Source: an uncultured archaeon (GTDB taxonomy: Archaea > Micrarchaeota > Micrarchaeia > Micrarchaeales > CABMGC01). Taken from it: a DNA stretch of 64,000 nt. The stretch lies in contig CAWHMC010000015.1 of the NCBI GenBank assembly GCA_963830445.1, forward strand, positions 3,999 to 67,998, given 5' to 3'. Both the position numbers and the translations under genes were made by a program. Numbering within the stretch: the stretch's first letter is position 1; each line of letters starts with the position of its first letter. The notes under the pieces were generated by a model. It had not been told where the DNA came from. It did not search any database and saw only the letters and a program-made list of their open reading frames with translations. Shown here piece after piece: positions 59,139 through 64,000 of the stretch.

Positions 59139-61943
59139 TTACTCCCTTCCATGCTCTGCCATGAATGCCAGGTATCGTCCGATGATTGCCGGCGTGGCAG
59201 TCGGCCGCGTGTTCTTTATTATCGCGTTTATGTCCGCCGTCGTGATCATCTTTGTGCCCTCTTCAGGCACCTTGTCCGCTTCGTGGCCTATGAGCGAGTC
59301 CTCCAGCGCATGCATCTTCGCCTCGCGGCAGATGTTTGCAATATCCGCGCCGGTATACCCTGTGGTGACCGCTGCGAGCTTGTCGTAGTCCAGATCGGCA
59401 GCAACCGGTGCATTCTTCAGGTTTATCTTGAACAGGGTTACTCGTGCCTCCTTGTCCGGTGGCGAGGCGTAGACCAGCTTGTCCAGGCGACCCGGCCGGA
59501 TGAGCGCGGGCTCTATCGCGTCGGGACGGTTCGTCGCGCCCACTATCACCAGTCCGCCCGCCTCCTTGGCCTGGTCGAACTCGCGCAGGAACTCGGCTGT
59601 GAGCTGCACCATCCCCTCGCTCGCCGTGTCCCGGTTGGGCACCAGCGAGTCGATCTCGTCTATGAATAGTATGCTGGGGATGTTCTCCTTCGCCCGGAAG
59701 AAGTTCTCCTTTAGCTTGCGCACCGCGTTCTCGTAGCCCTCCTTGCTCAGGTCGGCGCCGGAGACGCTGATCATCGTAAGTCCCTCGGTGGCGTTGGCGA
59801 TCCCGCGCATGAGCATGGTCTTGCCGCAGCCGGGCGGCCCGAAGAGGAGTATGCCGCTGATGTTCTTCACGTCGTACTCCTTCATCATCTCAGGGTGCGC
59901 GAGCGGGATCGTTATCGCCTCGTTGAGCGCCCTCTTCGCATCCGCCATGTTGACCACATCCTCGATCTTCACGGCCTCGTCGGGCTTCTGCACCGGCTCG
60001 CCGTTGAGCCTGCGCTCGTAGTCGAGCTTGAACGCGTCGTACTCCTCCAGCTGCTCGTAGGTGGTGGTGGGCTTGGTCTGCTTGATCATCTCCACCAGGT
60101 GGTCGGTGTCGATGCGCATCGCCTTCGACTGCTTCACCGCCTCGTTGCCCACCCGCGTCGCTGCCTCCCGGCAGATGTTCGCGATGTCCGCTCCGGAGAA
60201 GCGCTTGGTCATCCTGGAGAGCTTGTCGAAATCGATGTCGTCGCTCATGGGGTAGAGCTTGGAGTAGTGCTTGAAGATCGCGACTCGTCCCGCATCATCG
60301 GGCAGGGGCATGTATATCACCCGGTCGACTCGGCCGGGCCTCATGAATGCGGGATCGATTAGCTGTGGCGTGTTAGTCGCACCCACCACTACGACCCCCT
60401 CCATCTTCTGGAACCCGTCCATCTCCGCCAGGAGCGTCGAGAGCATCTGGCGCTGAAGGTCGTCGGCAGAGGCGTCGCGCCTCCGGGCCAGGCTCTCCAC
60501 TTCGTCGAAGAAGAGAAGGGTCGGAGTGTGGGCCTTGGCCACGTCGAAGATTTTGGAGAGCGTCTTCGCGCTCTCGCCCTCCTGCGCTGAAAGGATGGTG
60601 GAGGCCTTGACGTAGAGGAAGCGGGCGCGTATCTCGTTGGAGAGGGCGCGCATGAGCATGGTCTTGCCCGTGCCCGGGGGCCCGAACAGCAGGATGCCCT
60701 TCGCGGGCTTGATGTTGTAGGCGCCCTCGATCTCCTTGTGCTCTATGGGCTGCAGGATGGCCTCGCGAAGCTCCTCCTTGGTGTGCTCGTAGTTGCCGAT
60801 GTCGTCCAGGGTCTCCCTGCTTCCGGAGGTGAGGTCCTCAAAGGCCTCGCCGAACTTGCCCATGAAGTCCTGCTTCATGACGTCAAGCGCGCGCACGATG
60901 TCGATGTCGTTGAGCTCCAGCAGGACCAGGACGAGGGGAGTTATCAGGAAGCCAGCAAGCATGTACGGGCTGATGGCGCTGTTGAAGAAGTAGGCGAGCC
61001 CGATGTAGGTGGCGAGTATGGCGAACGAGAAGAGGCTGGCGACGGTGCCCTTGAACCCGGACCTGCTGCTCATGACCCTCTGGGCGATGGCGAAGACCAC
61101 GATGAGCCAGACCGCGAGCTGCACGCCGATGGCAGTTATGTTGTATGCTATGGAAAGTATGCACAGGTATATCACGTACTCCAGCGAGCCCGCGATGTTT
61201 AGCGTGAGGAAGTTCACCACGGATGTGCCGAACGCGCCCGGCAGCTGCGTTATCGAAGGCGCTGGTTTGAGCGCGGTGATGAAAGCGGAGACGGAGCTAG
61301 TGCCGACCACCGCCTTGAAGCCCAGGGCGTTGAAGGCGATGGGGGCGGCGATGGGCAGGGCCATCATGGTCGCGAGCATGGGGAGCATCACCACGGCGAA
61401 GGCGGTGGCTATCGCCCCGCGCTTGAGCCCGATGTACAGGATCCCGATGACCAGGGCGGGGATCTCCAGGAAGAAGCCCAGGAAGGAGAAGGGCAGCGCG
61501 ATGAGCGCGTAGGCCAGGGTGATGATCCGGTAGTGCTTGTAGCCGAAGACCAGGGAGGCCACCAGGAAGATGCAGTAGAGGAGCGCGATGAGCGGGGCCT
61601 GGAACAGGTACACGGGCAGCGAGACGAAGAGCAGCACCATCAGCCCAGCGAGCGGATGGTAGCGGGTAAGGAGGAAGACGATAACGGCGAATACGGCGAT
61701 CAGCTCGACGGGGTAGAAGGGGAAGGCGATGACGATGCTCAGCAGCGCAAAGGTGGCGAGGATGGAGTCGGGGAAGTACTTGTTGCTCATGAACTCGTGG
61801 ATCTCCTCCTTGAGCCAGTAGTAGGTCATCGGAGTGGAGATGCGCGCCGTGGGTTTCTTCGCAGGCTCCGGCTTCGCCGCGCTAGGTGCCGCTTTCTTTT
61901 TAGCGCCGTCCTTTGCCTTGCTTGGTGGTGGAGTTCCCGGCAT
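59139..61943 (-). CDS. Polytopic membrane protein fused to tandem AAA+ domains
   Basis: About 9-10 hydrophobic segments, [40 protein letters not shown]. Confidence 0.9.
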   Translation of the reverse strand: MPGTPPPSKAKDGAKKKAAPSAAKPEPAKKPTARISTPMTYYWLKEEIHEFMSNKYFPDSILATFALLSIVIAFPFYPVELIAVFAVIVFLLTRYHPLAGLMVLLFVSLPVYLFQAPLIALLYCIFLVASLVFGYKHYRIITLAYALIALPFSFLGFFLEIPALVIGILYIGLKRGAIATAFAVVMLPMLATMMALPIAAPIAFNALGFKAVVGTSSVSAFITALKPAPSITQLPGAFGTSVVNFLTLNIAGSLEYVIYLCILSIAYNITAIGVQLAVWLIVVFAIAQRVMSSRSGFKGTVASLFSFAILATYIGLAYFFNSAISPYMLAGFLITPLVLVLLELNDIDIVRALDVMKQDFMGKFGEAFEDLTSGSRETLDDIGNYEHTKEELREAILQPIEHKEIEGAYNIKPAKGILLFGPPGTGKTMLMRALSNEIRARFLYVKASTILSAQEGESAKTLSKIFDVAKAHTPTLLFFDEVESLARRRDASADDLQRQMLSTLLAEMDGFQKMEGVVVVGATNTPQLIDPAFMRPGRVDRVIYMPLPDDAGRVAIFKHYSKLYPMSDDIDFDKLSRMTKRFSGADIANICREAATRVGNEAVKQSKAMRIDTDHLVEMIKQTKPTTTYEQLEEYDAFKLDYERRLNGEPVQKPDEAVKIEDVVNMADAKRALNEAITIPLAHPEMMKEYDVKNISGILLFGPPGCGKTMLMRGIANATEGLTMISVSGADLSKEGYENAVRKLKENFFRAKENIPSILFIDEIDSLVPNRDTASEGMVQLTAEFLREFDQAKEAGGLVIVGATNRPDAIEPALIRPGRLDKLVYASPPDKEARVTLFKINLKNAPVAADLDYDKLAAVTTGYTGADIANICREAKMHALEDSLIGHEADKVPEEGTKMITTADINAIIKNTRPTATPAIIGRYLAFMAEHGRE

Positions 61944-61999
61944 AATTTTTATACTGGCATGATAACGTATAAATAGCTGCCCGGCGATATTATCAGCAT

Positions 62000-62107
62000 C
62001 CCGCTGTAGCTCAACGGCAGAGCGATCGGCTGTAGTCTGAAGAAGCTTCTTGGAGGTTTTTCAAGAAGGATACCGATAGGCTGGGAGTTCAAATCTCCCC
62101 AGCGGGA
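62000..62107 (+). tRNA. tRNA-Tyr(GTA) with canonical intron (about 62036-62071)
   Basis: CCCGCTG/CAGCGGG acceptor (C1:G72), ATCGG-CTGTAG..A-CCGAT, GGGAG-TTCAAAT-CTCCC. Confidence 0.9.
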
Positions 62108-62139
62108 AACATAAATATCTCAAAAGCAGTTGTACTTAC

Positions 62140-62634
62140 ATGCGGAAAGTTGTCGCAGTGGCAGTGGTGCTCAAGGACCACTCACTGCTTGTATTGAGAC
62201 ACCCCAGCAGCGACGGCGAGTCTCCAGGGCCCTGGGGCCTTGTGGCAGGAGCCCGCGAAGGGAAGGAGAGCTTCCTCAAGGCAGCCGCAAGAGAGACCGA
62301 GGAGGAGTCGGGCATCCGCGCCAAGCGCCGAGAGATCGTCCAGATAGGCAGAGCGGAAGGGTATTCGTACCATCCAGCGGCCCAGAACGGCAATGGGCGC
62401 AAAGGCATCAGGAAGTTCTTCATCCTCGACTCAAGTGTTTCCATCAGAAAGATAAACCTGTCAGAGGAGCACAATGCCAAAACTTCATTAGCGCTCGGTC
62501 AGATAAGGGCGATAAAGAAGGGAGAGAGAGCCAGGGGCATAACTCTGCACAACATCACCAAGGGCTTGAAGATGCTGCTCACGAGAAGAGAACTTTACCG
62601 TGTCCTCGAGAGAAAACTCTGCGAAGATTCATAG
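62140..62634 (+). CDS. NUDIX-family protein
   Basis: WGLVAGAREGKESFLKAAARETEEESG, LSEEH. Confidence 0.75.
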   Translation: MRKVVAVAVVLKDHSLLVLRHPSSDGESPGPWGLVAGAREGKESFLKAAARETEEESGIRAKRREIVQIGRAEGYSYHPAAQNGNGRKGIRKFFILDSSVSIRKINLSEEHNAKTSLALGQIRAIKKGERARGITLHNITKGLKMLLTRRELYRVLERKLCEDS

Positions 62635-62832
62635 CTACGCTTACTAAACGTGACGTCATGGAAATACTACTCGACCCTCCTGCCCAGGTGGCCAGAGCCG
62701 ATGAGCTTACATTCCATCTGCAATGCGTCTATACAAAAGCCAGCTGCACAGGAGTAGACGAAAAAAGAAAGGTGCCCGCAATGCTTGATAGCGCGGCACT
62801 ACTAATTAAAAAAGCAAGGCGCGGAGTCCCCC

Positions 62833-63285
62833 CTACCCAAACTCGTCAAATGCGGCATCAAGTATGGAACGTACATTAGGGAACATCTTGAGGTTGCGCA
62901 GCTCCTTCCTGCTGAACCAGTTTATATCCGTCGATTCATGGCTTTTCGCAAACTTCGTTCTACCGGCATCTGCGATGTATACCATGTCGAAGTGCATATG
63001 CCTCCCCTCTTTGTAGGGGACCGTCTCGTGCAGTATGACGAACGGCGAATGCGCCTGCTTTGCGTGGACGTCATCCTTCACTATCTTATCCGAGGTGTGC
63101 AGGAGCCTGACTTTGAGACCGGTCTCCTCCATAACCTCGCGAAGAGCAGCCTCGGACGGCAACTCGCCGGGTTCCACGTGACCGCCCGGCGGGAGCCACA
63201 CGCCCAGCTTCCTGTGATTTACGAGTATAACCCTGCTGTGCTCCTTGTCGAACACGACCGTCGTAGACACTATGCATCTTTTCAA
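62833..63285 (-). CDS. NUDIX hydrolase
   Basis: HRKLGVWLPPGGHVEPGE...AALREVMEETG, H.HFD; TTG start inferred. Confidence 0.88.
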   Translation of the reverse strand: MKRCIVSTTVVFDKEHSRVILVNHRKLGVWLPPGGHVEPGELPSEAALREVMEETGLKVRLLHTSDKIVKDDVHAKQAHSPFVILHETVPYKEGRHMHFDMVYIADAGRTKFAKSHESTDINWFSRKELRNLKMFPNVRSILDAAFDEFG

Positions 63286-63350
63286 TCTGACACCCGATGA
63301 AGAAATAAGAAAAGGACTATAAAAGCGTTGCGCGATATAGGTGTGATTCA

Positions 63351-64000
63351 ATGATCGAAAAAATCCACGGGGAGCTAATAACTTTTCTGTCAGAGGACAT
63401 GGTTACGCTCAACGGCTTCCTGGTGAGGAGGAAGGGGAAGGCGTGCCTGATATACGTCCACGGGATGGGCAGTGGCTTCTATAGGCAGCTCCCGCTTGTT
63501 CTCTCCCATGAGCTTAAGAGCATCTCAACTTTCTCGATAAACACCCGTGGGCATGACGAGCTCACCTGGCTGCGCAAGGGCAAGAATCGCAGGCAATTCT
63601 TGGCAGGCACTGGTGCCGAGAGGTTCGAGGAGTGCGTCTACGACCTGGGCGGCGCGATAAGAGCGATGCGGAAGATGGGATTCCAGAAGTTTATCCTGGC
63701 AGGGCACAGCACCGGCTGCCAAAAGGTCGCCTACTACCAGTACAAGCGCAGAGACGGCCGCGTAAAGGCTGTCATCCTGTTCGCTCCTGCCGACGACTAC
63801 GGGCTCCGAGAGAAAAACCCGGCCACGCTTAAGAAAGCAGTTTCGCTTTCGCGCAAGCTCAAGACATCCGGAAAATACGACGTACCTGCAGCAGCGCTCG
63901 AGTTCTTCACTCCGAGGCGCACTCTTTCAGTGTCTGACCTAAAGAACGTAGAAGCGCGCATGTTCTACTACAACGGAAAGCTTTCTGAGTTCTCCAGGAT
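63351..64000 (+). CDS. Alpha/beta hydrolase (DUF1749-like; partial, frameshift near 63520)
   Basis: YVHGMGS, NTRGHD, ERFEECVYD, AGHSTGCQK across frames. Confidence 0.75.
   Translation, partial: MIEKIHGELITFLSEDMVTLNGFLVRRKGKACLIYVHGMGSGFYRQLPLVLSHELKSISTFSINTRGHDELTWLRKGKNRRQFLAGTGAERFEECVYDLGGAIRAMRKMGFQKFILAGHSTGCQKVAYYQYKRRDGRVKAVILFAPADDYGLREKNPATLKKAVSLSRKLKTSGKYDVPAAALEFFTPRRTLSVSDLKNVEARMFYYNGKLSEFSR

Overview
Gene-dense archaeal chromosomal segment, most consistent with a DPANN archaeon of Micrarchaeota type. This is an inference from eS26, eL40, eS6, aIF2-gamma, aIF5B, TopoVI-B, a DGGGP-synthase-like UbiA protein and a tRNA-Leu with a D-loop intron. Core content: threonine synthase, Fe/Mn SOD, an arcB-arcC-(small membrane gene)-arcE-like arginine catabolism cluster, glutamate dehydrogenase, a split class III RNR with activase, CDC48 and three tRNAs (Leu, Pro, Tyr). 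Main leads: (1) an arginine-synthetase-type energy-conserving arginine pathway; (2) a tandem array of five diverged orphan paralogs, and a TA[A/T]ATATC promoter box shared by about ten orphan genes; (3) two AT-rich cassettes (Fic; reversed-order AbiE) each bracketed at both ends by its own repeated motif; (4) a polytopic membrane-anchored double-AAA ATPase with altered pore loops beside uncharacterised surface proteins; (5) an HTH-TM-DUF4382 regulator beside a surface Lon-like protease; (6) small basic ORFs, several missed by the ORF track. Many isolated frameshifts, some in essential genes, indicate indel sequencing errors rather than biology. No rRNA, CRISPR array, integrase or transposase was seen. 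All family calls come from motif recognition, not database searches.
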